Positions 10,074-20,197 of a stretch of DNA of 64,000 nt are shown one piece after another. Location: positions 332,756-396,755 of the forward strand of contig JAUQPL010000001.1 in assembly GCA_030550395.1 (NCBI GenBank), given 5' to 3'. The translations under genes were made by a program, and so were the position numbers. The notes under the pieces were generated by a model that had not been told where the DNA came from, did no database searches, and was given only the letters and a program-made list of their open reading frames with translations. Source of the stretch: Bacteroidota bacterium (GTDB lineage Bacteria; Bacteroidota; Ignavibacteria; Kapaibacteriales; HRBIN21). Position 1 is the first letter of the stretch, and each line of letters starts with the position of its first letter.

Positions 10074-12245
10074 ATGTACTGCAGCACGCCTCCAGAGACT
10101 CAGGAGAGCAAGATAGATGTACGTCCGCTCTTAGAACCCCGCTCCATTGCTGTCATCGGAGCTTCCCGACAGCCCCAGACCGTCGGCTGGCTTGTGTTTG
10201 ATAATCTCCTCTCCGGCGGCTACACCGGGGTCGTTTACCCTGTCAATCCCCACGCCCACGCTATCCGAGGAGTGCGAGCCTACCCTACCATTGAGGCCAT
10301 CCCGGATCCAATTGAGCTTGCAATCATCACCGTGCCAGCGCCTTCTGTTGCCGACGTCTTGGAATCCTGTGGTCACCAAGGGGTCCGCGCCGCTATCGTT
10401 ATCAGCGCCGGCTTTAAGGAAATCGGCCCTGAAGGGATAGCTCGAGAGGAACGCCTCCGCGCTATCGCCCGTCGCTATAGGATTGCCCTCCTGGGCCCCA
10501 ATTGCCTTGGGCTTATGAACACCGACCCGGCGATTCAACTAAATGCCACGTTTGGTCAAACAATGGCTCAGCGCGGGACAATTGGCTTCATCAGCCAAAG
10601 CGGGGCTCTTTGTGCCGCTGTCCTTGACTACACCCGGGCGCATAACATTGGACTCAGCAAGGTCATTAGCCTCGGAAACAAAGCAGGGGCAACAGAGGTA
10701 GACTTCCTCGACTACCTCTGGCGCGATCCGCATACAACGGTGATTCTGCTCTACATTGAGGAGCTATCCGATGGACGTGCTTTCCTGGAGTTAGCCCATC
10801 GGATTACCAGTGACACCGAAAATCCCAAACCTATCCTCGCTCTAAAAGCCGGACGCACTATCGCCGGTGCCCGTGCTGTAGCTTCCCATACGGGCTCCTT
10901 GGCGGGAAGTGACGAAGTTTACCAAGCTCTTTTCAAGCAAGCAGGGGTGCTGCGGGTGGAAACAGTGGAAGACCTCTTTGAATACGCTCTCGCCTTCGCT
11001 AATCAGCCCATCCCCAAAGGCTCACGAGTCGCCATCGTCACCAACGCTGGGGGTCCGGGTATCATGGCGGCGGATACTTGTATTCAATACGGGCTGGAGG
11101 TTCCGCCCGTTCCTCAGCCCGAGCGTTTCCGCCACCAATGTCACCTACCCACCCACGCTGGGGTTACCAACCCAATTGATCTCATCGCCGACGCCCGCTC
11201 CGAACGGTATGCCTGCGTGTTAGATGCTCTGCTGTACGATCCTACGTTCGACGCATTGCTCATCCTCTTCGTCCCCATTCCCACAGCGGACATTGAAACT
11301 ATTGCGCAAGTCATCATTGACGCTGCCCGCCGCCGACTCAAACCCATCGTGGCATGCTTCATGGGGGTTGTTGACGTTGGACCGGCAAAAGCTGCCCTAC
11401 GGGCCGCCGGTGTACCTTGTTACGACTTCCCCGAGGACGCTGCCCGCGCATTAGCAGCGATGGCATGGTACGCACGGTGGCGCGCTCGTCCCGTGACAGG
11501 ATACCGTACCTTTGATGTCCGGTGTACAGAGGCAACTCAGCTCCTGGAGAGTGCTCAACCGAATGCGAACGGCTTTATTCCTGAAGACATCGCCTTTCGG
11601 ATCTTGGAATGCTACGGCTTTGCCCTCCTCCCCTGGGCTGTCGCCCACTCGCCAGAGCAAGCAGCTGAGGTTGCGACTCAGTTGGGCTTCCCCGTCGCTC
11701 TCAAGGTGCTTTCGCCCGACATTATCCACAAATTTGACATCGGTGGCGTCGTGCTCCACGTGGATTCTCCTGAGAGCGCTCGCCGTGCGTTTGACCAAAT
11801 CCACAAGGCGATCCTCGAGCACTCCCCAGGAGCTCGCTTTGACGGCGTGCTCGTCCAGAAGATGGGGGAGCGCGGACACGAACTTATTCTAGGCGTCAAG
11901 CGGGACGAACAGTTCGGTCCCATCGTCATGGTCGGGCTGGGAGGCATTTACGTGGAAATCTTCCGTGACGTAGCCTTCCGCATCGCTCCTCTGCGCGAAC
12001 GGAGTGCCCACCTAATGCTGGAAGAAACTCGCGCTGCAGCTCTCCTCCGTGGTGCCCGTGGACAACCCCCTGCCGACATTGATACCGTAGCGGAATACCT
12101 TCTCCGCCTCTCCCAACTGTCGCTGGAGCAGCCTGAGATTGAAGAATTAGATATCAACCCCCTGTTGGTCTATCCACGGGGCAATGGAGCTGTCGTTGTG
12201 GACGTCCGTATCGCTGTCCGTCGAAACGACAAGACGCCCCTGTGA
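10074..12245 (+). CDS. ADP-forming acetate/acyl-CoA ligase (fused alpha-beta)
   Basis: PRSIAVIGAS, GPNCLG, SQSG, ASHTG phospho-His, TNAGG, C-terminal ATP-grasp (ELDINPL); no GNAT domain. Confidence 0.92.
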   Translation: MYCSTPPETQESKIDVRPLLEPRSIAVIGASRQPQTVGWLVFDNLLSGGYTGVVYPVNPHAHAIRGVRAYPTIEAIPDPIELAIITVPAPSVADVLESCGHQGVRAAIVISAGFKEIGPEGIAREERLRAIARRYRIALLGPNCLGLMNTDPAIQLNATFGQTMAQRGTIGFISQSGALCAAVLDYTRAHNIGLSKVISLGNKAGATEVDFLDYLWRDPHTTVILLYIEELSDGRAFLELAHRITSDTENPKPILALKAGRTIAGARAVASHTGSLAGSDEVYQALFKQAGVLRVETVEDLFEYALAFANQPIPKGSRVAIVTNAGGPGIMAADTCIQYGLEVPPVPQPERFRHQCHLPTHAGVTNPIDLIADARSERYACVLDALLYDPTFDALLILFVPIPTADIETIAQVIIDAARRRLKPIVACFMGVVDVGPAKAALRAAGVPCYDFPEDAARALAAMAWYARWRARPVTGYRTFDVRCTEATQLLESAQPNANGFIPEDIAFRILECYGFALLPWAVAHSPEQAAEVATQLGFPVALKVLSPDIIHKFDIGGVVLHVDSPESARRAFDQIHKAILEHSPGARFDGVLVQKMGERGHELILGVKRDEQFGPIVMVGLGGIYVEIFRDVAFRIAPLRERSAHLMLEETRAAALLRGARGQPPADIDTVAEYLLRLSQLSLEQPEIEELDINPLLVYPRGNGAVVVDVRIAVRRNDKTPL

Positions 12246-13594
12246 AAGCACGTACGGTATACATCTGCCAGAACTGCGGTGCAACCTCTGCCCGCTGGAT
12301 TGGACGTTGCCCTGTCTGTGGAGAGTGGGACACTTTCGTTGAAGAGCGGCGCGAAACGGGAGAGCACCGCTCTGAGCCTCAGACTAAGGCAGCATCCCCA
12401 ACTCTTCTTGCCGAGGTTGGTTCCCAGAAAACTGAACGCCTCCGCAGCGGAATTGGAGAGCTTGACCGTGTCACTGGAGGGGGCTTTGTTCCTGGCACGT
12501 TGACCCTCTTGGCCGGGGATCCTGGAGTCGGGAAATCAACTCTTCTACTCCAGGTCTGCGCTCAGTTAAAGGCAATCCAAGCACTCTACATCTCCGGCGA
12601 GGAATCGCTGGAACAGCTACGCTTGCGTGCCGAGCGTCTTGGGACATTGCCCCCCACATTGCTGGTACTGGCGGAAACAGAATTAGAAGCTGTTGAACAG
12701 GCTATCCTCGAAGCTCAGGCACAGTTCGTGGTCATTGATTCTATCCAAACCCTCCACAGTCCTGCCCTAGAATCGCCTCCTGGCTCAGTAACGCAAGTTC
12801 GCGAAGCTGCCCTCCGACTTCAACGGCTGGCAAAGCAAACGGGGTCCATTATTCTGGCTATTGGACACGTAACGAAAGAAGGACTTGTTGCGGGTCCGAA
12901 AGTTTTAGAGCACATCGTTGACACCGTGCTCCAGTTTGAAGGGGAAGTTCCTTACGCATACCGTGTCTTGCGCGCGGTCAAGAACCGTTTCGGTCCAACC
13001 CATGAGCTTGGCTTCTTTGAAATGACAGCCTCGGGATTGCGGGAACTGCCCAATCCTTCAGTGCTGTTTTTGAGTAATGACACAGAGATGGAGTCAGGGG
13101 TGGCTATTGCCACTGTCTTGGAGGGAACTCGTCCCTTAGTAGTGGAAGTACAAGCGTTGGTAACTCCAAGCGCATATGCTGTACCTCAACGCAGTATTAC
13201 CGGATACGACTACCGACGACTGCAGATGATCATGGCTGTTTTGGAGCGACGGTTGGGTATTGGACTACGACAGTATGATCTCTTTGCCAACATCGTCGGT
13301 GGACTACGCTTAGAAGATCCCGCCCTGGATGCGGCGTTGGCGTTAGCAATTGTTAGCTCCTACCGGGATATTCCCCTCCCTCCACAGACAGCCGTTTTCG
13401 GTGAATTAGGGCTCACTGGGGAACTGCGTCCTGTGCGCTTGCCTGAAATTCGCCTGCGGGAAGCTCATCGTATTGGCATTCGTCGCCTTCTCCTCCCGAA
13501 GGCGAACGCTGAAGCTCTGTCCTATGCTTCCCCTGAGCTGGAACTCATCCCTATTGAGCGACTTTCCTTAGCCCTGACCCTCTTGTTCCCTTGA
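12242..13594 (+). CDS. radA: DNA repair protein RadA/Sms
   Basis: C4 Zn finger, GDPGVGKST, KNRFG, Lon-like C-terminus. Confidence 0.98.
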   Translation: MKARTVYICQNCGATSARWIGRCPVCGEWDTFVEERRETGEHRSEPQTKAASPTLLAEVGSQKTERLRSGIGELDRVTGGGFVPGTLTLLAGDPGVGKSTLLLQVCAQLKAIQALYISGEESLEQLRLRAERLGTLPPTLLVLAETELEAVEQAILEAQAQFVVIDSIQTLHSPALESPPGSVTQVREAALRLQRLAKQTGSIILAIGHVTKEGLVAGPKVLEHIVDTVLQFEGEVPYAYRVLRAVKNRFGPTHELGFFEMTASGLRELPNPSVLFLSNDTEMESGVAIATVLEGTRPLVVEVQALVTPSAYAVPQRSITGYDYRRLQMIMAVLERRLGIGLRQYDLFANIVGGLRLEDPALDAALALAIVSSYRDIPLPPQTAVFGELGLTGELRPVRLPEIRLREAHRIGIRRLLLPKANAEALSYASPELELIPIERLSLALTLLFP

Positions 13595-13622
13595 AGATGT
13601 CCCATCCCTTGTTGGAGGCAAA

Positions 13623-14267
13623 ATGCCTGTCCGTCCCTCCGAACTAAAAGCCCTCACGGAGTTGACCGACGAAGACCTGATGAGACTGTTCCAGCAAGAT
13701 AACTCCGAAGCCGCCTACACCGTCCTGGTTCGCCGTTACAGGTCTCCCATCACGAATTTCCTCTACCGATTCGTGGGCAACTACGACGATGCCTTGGACT
13801 TGGCCCAGGAAACTTTCCTGCGTCTGTACAAGTATAAGCACACGTATCACTCGGTCCAACGCTTCTCGACATGGCTCTATACGATTGCAACCAATGTTGC
13901 CCGCACGTTCTATCAGCAGCGGAACCGGTACTCGACGGCCTCCCTTACCTCTATGCAATCCAGCGAGGAGGAAGAGCCATCGGAATGGGAAATCCCCGAC
14001 ACCAGCTATATACCCGACCAGAGGGTGGACTCCACGTATATTGCTCAGCGCATCCAGAAGGCACTTATGCAATTGCCCCCCGTCTTCCGGGAAGCTATCG
14101 TGCTTCGGGAAATCCTGGAGTTGTCGTACGAGGAAATTGCCGAAGTCATGCAGACAGAGTTAGGCACGGTTAAATCTCGCATTAACCGGGCCCGGCAGCG
14201 CCTACAAGAACTTCTGCGGGATGTTTACGAAGAGTTATACGGAACCCCAACTTCCCAAGCAGAATAA
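13623..14267 (+). CDS. ECF sigma-70 factor (RpoE-like)
   Basis: DLAQETF, FSTWLYTIATN, LSYEEIAE....GTVKSRINRAR. Confidence 0.95.
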   Translation: MPVRPSELKALTELTDEDLMRLFQQDNSEAAYTVLVRRYRSPITNFLYRFVGNYDDALDLAQETFLRLYKYKHTYHSVQRFSTWLYTIATNVARTFYQQRNRYSTASLTSMQSSEEEEPSEWEIPDTSYIPDQRVDSTYIAQRIQKALMQLPPVFREAIVLREILELSYEEIAEVMQTELGTVKSRINRARQRLQELLRDVYEELYGTPTSQAE

Positions 14268-14270
14268 GCC

Positions 14271-14726
14271 ATGAACGAGCGTGAACACAAGAATCAACCC
14301 TTGCTCAAAGCATTCCTCTCTTCTGTTCCTGTACCGGAGGATTTTGAGCTACAACTTTGGATCCGCCGTGCTCTCCGTGAGCTCCCCTCTGTCCATATCC
14401 CCGATACCTTTGAAGAAGCTTTGTGGCAACGCATCCACGCCGAGCAACAGATAAACTCCTGGCGTCATGGGCTTGCAATCTCCGTCCTCCTCACTGCCCT
14501 CTGGGGTGGGATACTGGGCCTTTGGCCCGCCAGCCGTTCCTCCACATCTGTAACTCAGACCGCTCCTTTACGAGGGGTTGTTGTCACGGAACCTCTGCTC
14601 ATCCCAGCGGACCAACGCTTTATAGAAATATCCCCGCAACCACCACGCAAACCTTCCTTACAACCCCAGCGCTCCTTAATGCCCATACCTGGCGGCACAA
14701 ATCCTCTCCCACCGCCGGAGGAATAA
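14271..14726 (+). CDS. Single-TM protein, probable anti-sigma factor
   Basis: Directly follows the ECF sigma; short cytoplasmic N-terminus with repeated V..P..FE..L, one TM, Pro-rich tail. Confidence 0.6.
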   Translation: MNEREHKNQPLLKAFLSSVPVPEDFELQLWIRRALRELPSVHIPDTFEEALWQRIHAEQQINSWRHGLAISVLLTALWGGILGLWPASRSSTSVTQTAPLRGVVVTEPLLIPADQRFIEISPQPPRKPSLQPQRSLMPIPGGTNPLPPPEE

Positions 14727-14906
14727 GCTCCTCCCACCACCACAGAGGAGGTTCCTTAACCTTGCATCAGAGGAGCACGGGAAGGATATCCCTTTCTGCA
14801 TTTTCCCTCCTTTCGGAAAATGCAACCCCGCGCCAGGTACCCGGCGGGCGAATACTCGCCCGGGGTACCCATAGACGCGAGGCACACAGCTTCCACTGCT
14901 GTCTTC
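14727..14906. ncRNA. Candidate structured RNA in a convergent intergenic region
   Basis: Hairpins at 14728-14750, 14797-14824 (perfect 10 bp) and 14826-14882; G.U versus A.C asymmetry favours the minus strand. Confidence 0.45.
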
Positions 14907-15434
14907 TTAGCGCACCGGTTGGGGTGGTTCCATGACCGCTCCGCAATTCTTACAGGTGCGGAGCTCTACAGAGCCGTAGAAGCGCTCAAAGACGCGTGGA
15001 AGCTGTTCAACAATGTCACGGACATGGAGGAATTCTTCGTAAAGCTTATCCCCACACCGCTCACAGAACCACATGAAACCGTCCAATTCGTCAGGGCGCC
15101 GCTTGCGTTCAATGACCAGCCCAACAGTGTTCGCTGGGCGCTGCGGCGAGTGGGGCACCCGTGGTGGAAGGAGAAAGATTTCCCCTTGCCGGATCGGGAT
15201 ATCCTTGGGCTGCCCGTCCTCAATTACCTTAAGCACGATATCACCCTCCAACTGGTAGAAGAACTCCTCCCCCTCATCGTAGTGGTAGTCCTTCCGGGCG
15301 TTAGGACCACCCACAACCATAATGATGAAGTCCTGATTGTCTGTGTAGACAACCGCGTTGCCCACCGGCGGCTTGAGCAAGTGGCGATGTTCTTCTATCC
15401 ATTGCTGGAAGTTGATCGGCGGGAGCAGGGGCAT
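14907..15434 (-). CDS. nbaC: 3-hydroxyanthranilate 3,4-dioxygenase
   Basis: [32 protein letters not shown]-terminal CxxC pairs; ATG at 15434. Confidence 0.96.
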   Translation of the reverse strand: MPLLPPINFQQWIEEHRHLLKPPVGNAVVYTDNQDFIIMVVGGPNARKDYHYDEGEEFFYQLEGDIVLKVIEDGQPKDIPIRQGEIFLLPPRVPHSPQRPANTVGLVIERKRRPDELDGFMWFCERCGDKLYEEFLHVRDIVEQLPRVFERFYGSVELRTCKNCGAVMEPPQPVR

Positions 15435-15543
15435 GGGGTCCTCACTTTCTGTCAAACTTTCCTCAACTGGCTCTTTTGGGGTACGCAATTTACGGAAATT
15501 CGGCACTTAGGCTATAACACCCAATTCATTGAGGCACACCAAG

Positions 15544-17523
15544 TTATGGCTTAGGACGTGGAGCCTTCTCTGGGGCCTCTTCCGAATCCCCTGGGGATGG
15601 TACTACATCAGGGAGAATTGAGGGCTGGGGAGCCGACTCCTGTAAAACCGGTTGCGCCGGCGGCTTGGCCGGCGAAGAAGGGGGTGTCGGTGGAGCGGGG
15701 TAACGCTGTAGAATCGCCTCCGGTGCAACTCCCTCACGGCGGGCACGGGCATGGGCAACGCTTAGCCGGATATCGGCAGCGTATTCCGACGTTGGGTATT
15801 GCTGGAGCAAAAGCTCATAATAAAACAAAGCGCTATCCACCTGCCGCAATGGAGGATGTTCGTACATCCACCCTAACGCATACAATGCCTTGGGAGCATA
15901 AGGAGATGCTGGGAAGCGCTCTACCAGGCGGTATAACTGTTGACGAGCAAGGGTATACTCCCCAATGCGCCACAGGCGCATGCCGGATTCATAGAGCTCA
16001 GCCGCCGTGTCAATCAAGGCTTCTGGCGTAAACCCTAACAACCGCTGTGCTTCCTGACCGTAGGGAGCCGCAGGACAGCAAGCCGCAAGCTCTTCCAAGA
16101 GAGAGTCTCTCAAAGCTGGCTCCGACACCGATAAAGCCAAAGCCAAGGTAGCCCGAGATCGGTATAGACCCGTATCCGGCGCCACCTGCAAAGCTCGACG
16201 ATAGAAAAGCTCTGCAGAATCCGCATTCCCGATATTCGTGTGAACACGCGCCAGTTCGTAGTAGGCCTGACTCAGACGCGCCCGAAGGCTGTCAGAGAGG
16301 CTACTTGGCTCGGTTCCCCGAGCGCTGGAAAGTGTCGCCATTGCTTGTTCCCAGCGGGCCAGCAGTTCGCTATAGCGGCGTGCCTTTTGGAAGACAGGCG
16401 AGCGTGTAACACTGGCGCGAGCAAACAAACGTTGTGCCTGCCGATACTGTCCATTGCGAAGGAGCTGCATCCCATATTCGTACTGCACCGCCAAGAGTGC
16501 AGGGTTTCCAGCAAAGGCGGAATCTGCTCGCCGTTCTATGCGAGCGAGGGTGTCTTCGGAAGTTCCCATGCGGCGACGGAACGCAAGTTCCTGAGCTAAC
16601 GTATAGCCCAGCCATTGCTCATACCGTCGGGATCGGGCAAGCTTTGTGAGGATTTCCTCTGCCTCGCGGAAACGTCCGCTCCGCGCAAGCGAAGCAGCTC
16701 GGTAAAGCTGGGCTTCATACTCCACAACTACCGTTGGATTGTATCGGAGGACTTCCGCAAAGGCAGTGGCTGCCTGCTCGAACTGTCCTATGCGATAGTA
16801 AAGTGCCCCAATCTCCCACTGCCACCGCGCCCGTTGCTCCCCGTCGGGGGCAATCAACACTGCCTGCCGATACGGGCGGAAAGCCGCTTCTAAATCACCC
16901 TGGCTGAGTGCGAACTCTGCTTGCAGTCGGAAGGCTTCGCTGAGAACATCGTATCGCTTGTAGTACCACCCGATATCAATCGCACGAGAAAGAGCCTGCT
17001 GTCCTAAAGTGTACTTGCGTTGCATCAGATACGCCTTCGCCAGCAGCAATTGGGCATCAGGAGCAAGATCACCGGTCGGAAAGAGCTGCAGCAGTTCCTG
17101 GCATTTGATCTGGGCTGGTAGCCACTCGCTCCGGTAGAAAAACGCCTGAGCCATCATCAGGAGAGCATCCTCCACGAACTCTGAGCGGGTGCGAAATGCC
17201 AAAATCTTAGAGCCCTTCTGCAGAATGGAATCCAAGCGCTTGTGGACAGGTTGTAGCTTTGCAGGCTCAATGACAAATTCCTGCAGAAAAGGGGGGATTT
17301 CCCCTGCCTGTGTGCCCGGGATGATGGAGGGATCAGGAACTAATACGCGTGGGCGTTGCACACGCCGTGTCTCATCGTAGTAGCTGAACTCCTCTTCCAC
17401 CTCGCTCATGAGGCGCCGCATGTTGTAGACGGTGTTGAAATACGCCTCGGCATTCCACCATAGCTGGCACCCCGCGCTCAACAGAGTACCTACGCTAAGG
17501 AAGAGCGCAGCTCTATGTCCCAT
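15544..17523 (-). CDS. TPR-repeat lipoprotein (SprE/PorW-like or BamD-like)
   Basis: Lipobox LSAGC, YFNTVYN N-terminal motif, many TPRs, FP.S.YAPKALY. Confidence 0.75.
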   Translation of the reverse strand: MGHRAALFLSVGTLLSAGCQLWWNAEAYFNTVYNMRRLMSEVEEEFSYYDETRRVQRPRVLVPDPSIIPGTQAGEIPPFLQEFVIEPAKLQPVHKRLDSILQKGSKILAFRTRSEFVEDALLMMAQAFFYRSEWLPAQIKCQELLQLFPTGDLAPDAQLLLAKAYLMQRKYTLGQQALSRAIDIGWYYKRYDVLSEAFRLQAEFALSQGDLEAAFRPYRQAVLIAPDGEQRARWQWEIGALYYRIGQFEQAATAFAEVLRYNPTVVVEYEAQLYRAASLARSGRFREAEEILTKLARSRRYEQWLGYTLAQELAFRRRMGTSEDTLARIERRADSAFAGNPALLAVQYEYGMQLLRNGQYRQAQRLFARASVTRSPVFQKARRYSELLARWEQAMATLSSARGTEPSSLSDSLRARLSQAYYELARVHTNIGNADSAELFYRRALQVAPDTGLYRSRATLALALSVSEPALRDSLLEELAACCPAAPYGQEAQRLLGFTPEALIDTAAELYESGMRLWRIGEYTLARQQLYRLVERFPASPYAPKALYALGWMYEHPPLRQVDSALFYYELLLQQYPTSEYAADIRLSVAHARARREGVAPEAILQRYPAPPTPPSSPAKPPAQPVLQESAPQPSILPDVVPSPGDSEEAPEKAPRPKP

Positions 17524-19388
17524 GGCGACCACAAGCTCACTAATACGCCATCGCCAGGTATACAGGGCAAAGGTTCACGCAACCACTGCTGGACAAAGCC
17601 CTGAGATTGCCCATCTTCTGAAGCCCGCGCACGGAGGCGGGCACGATAGTATGGACGGGGAGTCAGGCGGGTTGTGTATACCCGTCCCTCATTCACAGCA
17701 ACGATCTCCAATGCCCCCTCTACCATACCGACAAAGGCATTCCATTGAGCAATTGTGCGGACCCGTACCCCATTAACTGCCAAAATCTCGTCCCCGACCG
17801 CTAACCCAGCATGGGCAGCAGGAGAGAACTCCTCTACCGCCTCAACCCAGAGTCCCCCATTCTGCTCCCGGAGCGAGATTCCTGTAAAGCGAGTACCTGG
17901 AATTTGCCCAAGGACGGCATGCTCACCAATCAGACGCTCGGGAGCAATGCCCTTAACCCACTGTAATTCCAGCCCAATCAGAGGGAGAACGTCCTCATAC
18001 GGAAGTTCGCCGCGGTCGGTAAGCCACTCCCACAACAGCGGGCGGAGTTCCACACCTGTGGCTGCTTCCAGCTCTGAGAAAAGCTCTTCTTCCGTGAAAC
18101 CCCGGTCAGGCATCTGCTGCGCTCGGCGCCATAAAGCCTGCAGCCCGTCCTGAAGGCGCTTCTTCCCTCCCGTCTGCGCCAGGATCCACGCATCCAACAG
18201 CCAGGCAATGAGGGCTCCCTTGAGGTAATAGGACGGAAAGCGATTCAAACCGTCCGGACTCTGCCCGTACAGTTTCACCCAAGCTAAGAGGCTACTATCC
18301 CGCACAGAGAGAAAGAAGCGCCCAGGAACATGTGCCAATTTTTCCACCTCCGCCTCTAAATGGAGTAGCAGTTCCCGCTGCGTCAGATAGCCACACCAGT
18401 ACGGCAGGAGTATTTCGTAATAGCTGGTTACCCCTTCCACAAGCCAGAGCAACGGTGTGTACTGCTCCCGCTCGTAATCAAATGGACCCAATCCCTCCGG
18501 ACGGATGCGCTTTCCATTCCATGCATGGAAGAATTCATGGCAGAGAAGGCGCAGAAAGCGATGGGCACCTGCTAACTCCCGTAATGCCGAAGGATCCACG
18601 GCAATAACCTGGGAACGAGCGTGTTCCAATCCCCCAAAAGCTTCCGGCAGAAAGTGAAAGATAAAAACGTAGCGATCGTACGGCAATTCCCCTCCCCAAA
18701 ATGCCCCGACAACACGGACGACTCGCTCCGTACACCGAACAACCCACTCCTCGTCAACAGGCTCATTAGCCAAGATTGCGACCTCATGGAGGCGATTGCC
18801 TACAGAGAAAGCGTGAACGCTGTGCGAACCAACCTGGATTGGCGAGTCTGCTAAGACATCGTAAGTTACGGCCCCCAAACGAGGGGGAAATCCATGGTCA
18901 ACGGGTGAGAGCGAAGTTGTGATTCGCTGCCACTGGGCGGGCTCAAAGTCTACAACAACATGGTGAGGCTCATGCTGGCGTCCTTCCACGTAAGGAAGGC
19001 AATTAGAGGGCATAACGAAGGCATACCATCGGCTCACGTGCGTCGTCCGCACCGAACGTTCATTGCCGAAGTAGACGGCTTTCAGGTAGAGCTTCTCCGC
19101 CCCTTCGCAAAAGACACGGAAACGGTTCTTCGCCCGCCACTCCACATCCAGTGGACGCCCTCGCTCATCTAGAACCCCTTCCAAGGTGAAGTTCGTTGCA
19201 AAGTCCCGAATCTTATAGCTACCCGGCGTCCACGAGGGTAACACGAAGTCCAGGGACAAGGCCCCGCGGGTGGCGACTTCCATACGGATGTCTAGCAAAT
19301 GTCGCGCAGCCCGCTCAAAGGACAGCACATAGCAAATATCGGCGGGCAAACCGAAAACTTCTGCATCTCGCTGGTCAATCCGATACAT
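17490..19388 (-). CDS. M61 family (glycyl aminopeptidase-like) metallopeptidase with PDZ domain
   Basis: LPSWTPGSY, GGLEH, HEFFHAWN.KRIRP, LW..EG.TSYY, SYY.KG, C-terminal PDZ; ATG at 19388. Confidence 0.93.
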   Translation of the reverse strand: MYRIDQRDAEVFGLPADICYVLSFERAARHLLDIRMEVATRGALSLDFVLPSWTPGSYKIRDFATNFTLEGVLDERGRPLDVEWRAKNRFRVFCEGAEKLYLKAVYFGNERSVRTTHVSRWYAFVMPSNCLPYVEGRQHEPHHVVVDFEPAQWQRITTSLSPVDHGFPPRLGAVTYDVLADSPIQVGSHSVHAFSVGNRLHEVAILANEPVDEEWVVRCTERVVRVVGAFWGGELPYDRYVFIFHFLPEAFGGLEHARSQVIAVDPSALRELAGAHRFLRLLCHEFFHAWNGKRIRPEGLGPFDYEREQYTPLLWLVEGVTSYYEILLPYWCGYLTQRELLLHLEAEVEKLAHVPGRFFLSVRDSSLLAWVKLYGQSPDGLNRFPSYYLKGALIAWLLDAWILAQTGGKKRLQDGLQALWRRAQQMPDRGFTEEELFSELEAATGVELRPLLWEWLTDRGELPYEDVLPLIGLELQWVKGIAPERLIGEHAVLGQIPGTRFTGISLREQNGGLWVEAVEEFSPAAHAGLAVGDEILAVNGVRVRTIAQWNAFVGMVEGALEIVAVNEGRVYTTRLTPRPYYRARLRARASEDGQSQGFVQQWLREPLPCIPGDGVLVSLWSPWDIELRSSLA

Positions 19389-20175
19389 AAGGGTCTTCCG
19401 TCGAATGCACCGCCAATTGCTCCCGATAGTATCGCTGACGCTGGATTTCAAAAAGCACAACTGCAGTAGCTGCAGCAGCATTAAGCGAGGTAACCCGTCC
19501 CCTGAGAGGAATCCGCACAACGATATCGCAAAGGGAGCGAATCCCGGGGCGCATACCCCGATGTTCATTGCCAATAACAAGCACAATTGGGCGATCGTAG
19601 AGTTCCTCGCAATAGAGATGCTCTCCATCGGGAGCCGTACCGACAACCCACCAGCCCTGCTCCTGTAAAGTCCGGAGCGCAAAAGCAAGATTCGGCACGA
19701 CCGCCACAGGCAAGCTCGCAAGGGCACCTGCAGAAGCCTTCAGGGCTGCCGGTGTAATCGGCGCCGAGTGGTGTCGCGGAAGCACTATACCATGAGCTCC
19801 CGCAGCCTCGGCACACCGGGCAATTGCCCCGAGGTTTTGGGGGTCCTCAATACCATCCAACGCCACCAACAGGCCTATCGTTCCTGCAGGAGCCCCTGTG
19901 ACAAGCCGCTCCAACGTTGCAGGAGGAATCGGGGCCATCAAGGCAAGGACCCCTTGGGTTGAACGTATGTCTACCCCAAGAGCACGAACATGCTGAGCGA
20001 AACGCTGCCGATCCAATGCAACGCAGGGAACATGGGCACGGCGTGCCGCCTGTCGCACACTTTCTTCTACCCCACTTCCGTGCAGCACATACACCTTCTG
20101 TACGCGCCCTTCCCGGCGGAGAGCCTCTTCCACAGGGCGGCGGCCATAGATGTACATCCCTGCAGCCTCGGCCAT
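19375..20175 (-). CDS. rlmB: 23S rRNA (Gm2251) 2'-O-methyltransferase (SpoU family)
   Basis: LDGIEDPQNLGAIAR, KASAGA, IGNE..G, SLNAA. Confidence 0.92.
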   Translation of the reverse strand: MAEAAGMYIYGRRPVEEALRREGRVQKVYVLHGSGVEESVRQAARRAHVPCVALDRQRFAQHVRALGVDIRSTQGVLALMAPIPPATLERLVTGAPAGTIGLLVALDGIEDPQNLGAIARCAEAAGAHGIVLPRHHSAPITPAALKASAGALASLPVAVVPNLAFALRTLQEQGWWVVGTAPDGEHLYCEELYDRPIVLVIGNEHRGMRPGIRSLCDIVVRIPLRGRVTSLNAAAATAVVLFEIQRQRYYREQLAVHSTEDPYVSD

Positions 20176-20197
20176 AGAAGCACCAAGTTCACACTGG

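Noticed and set aside
14727-14906. 6S RNA, suggested by the ~180-nt length
   Set aside because: The ends do not pair into a rod with a central bubble; the structure is serial hairpins
14820-15554. 244-aa plus-strand ORF
   Set aside because: Antisense shadow of the well-supported haaO gene; no recognisable motifs
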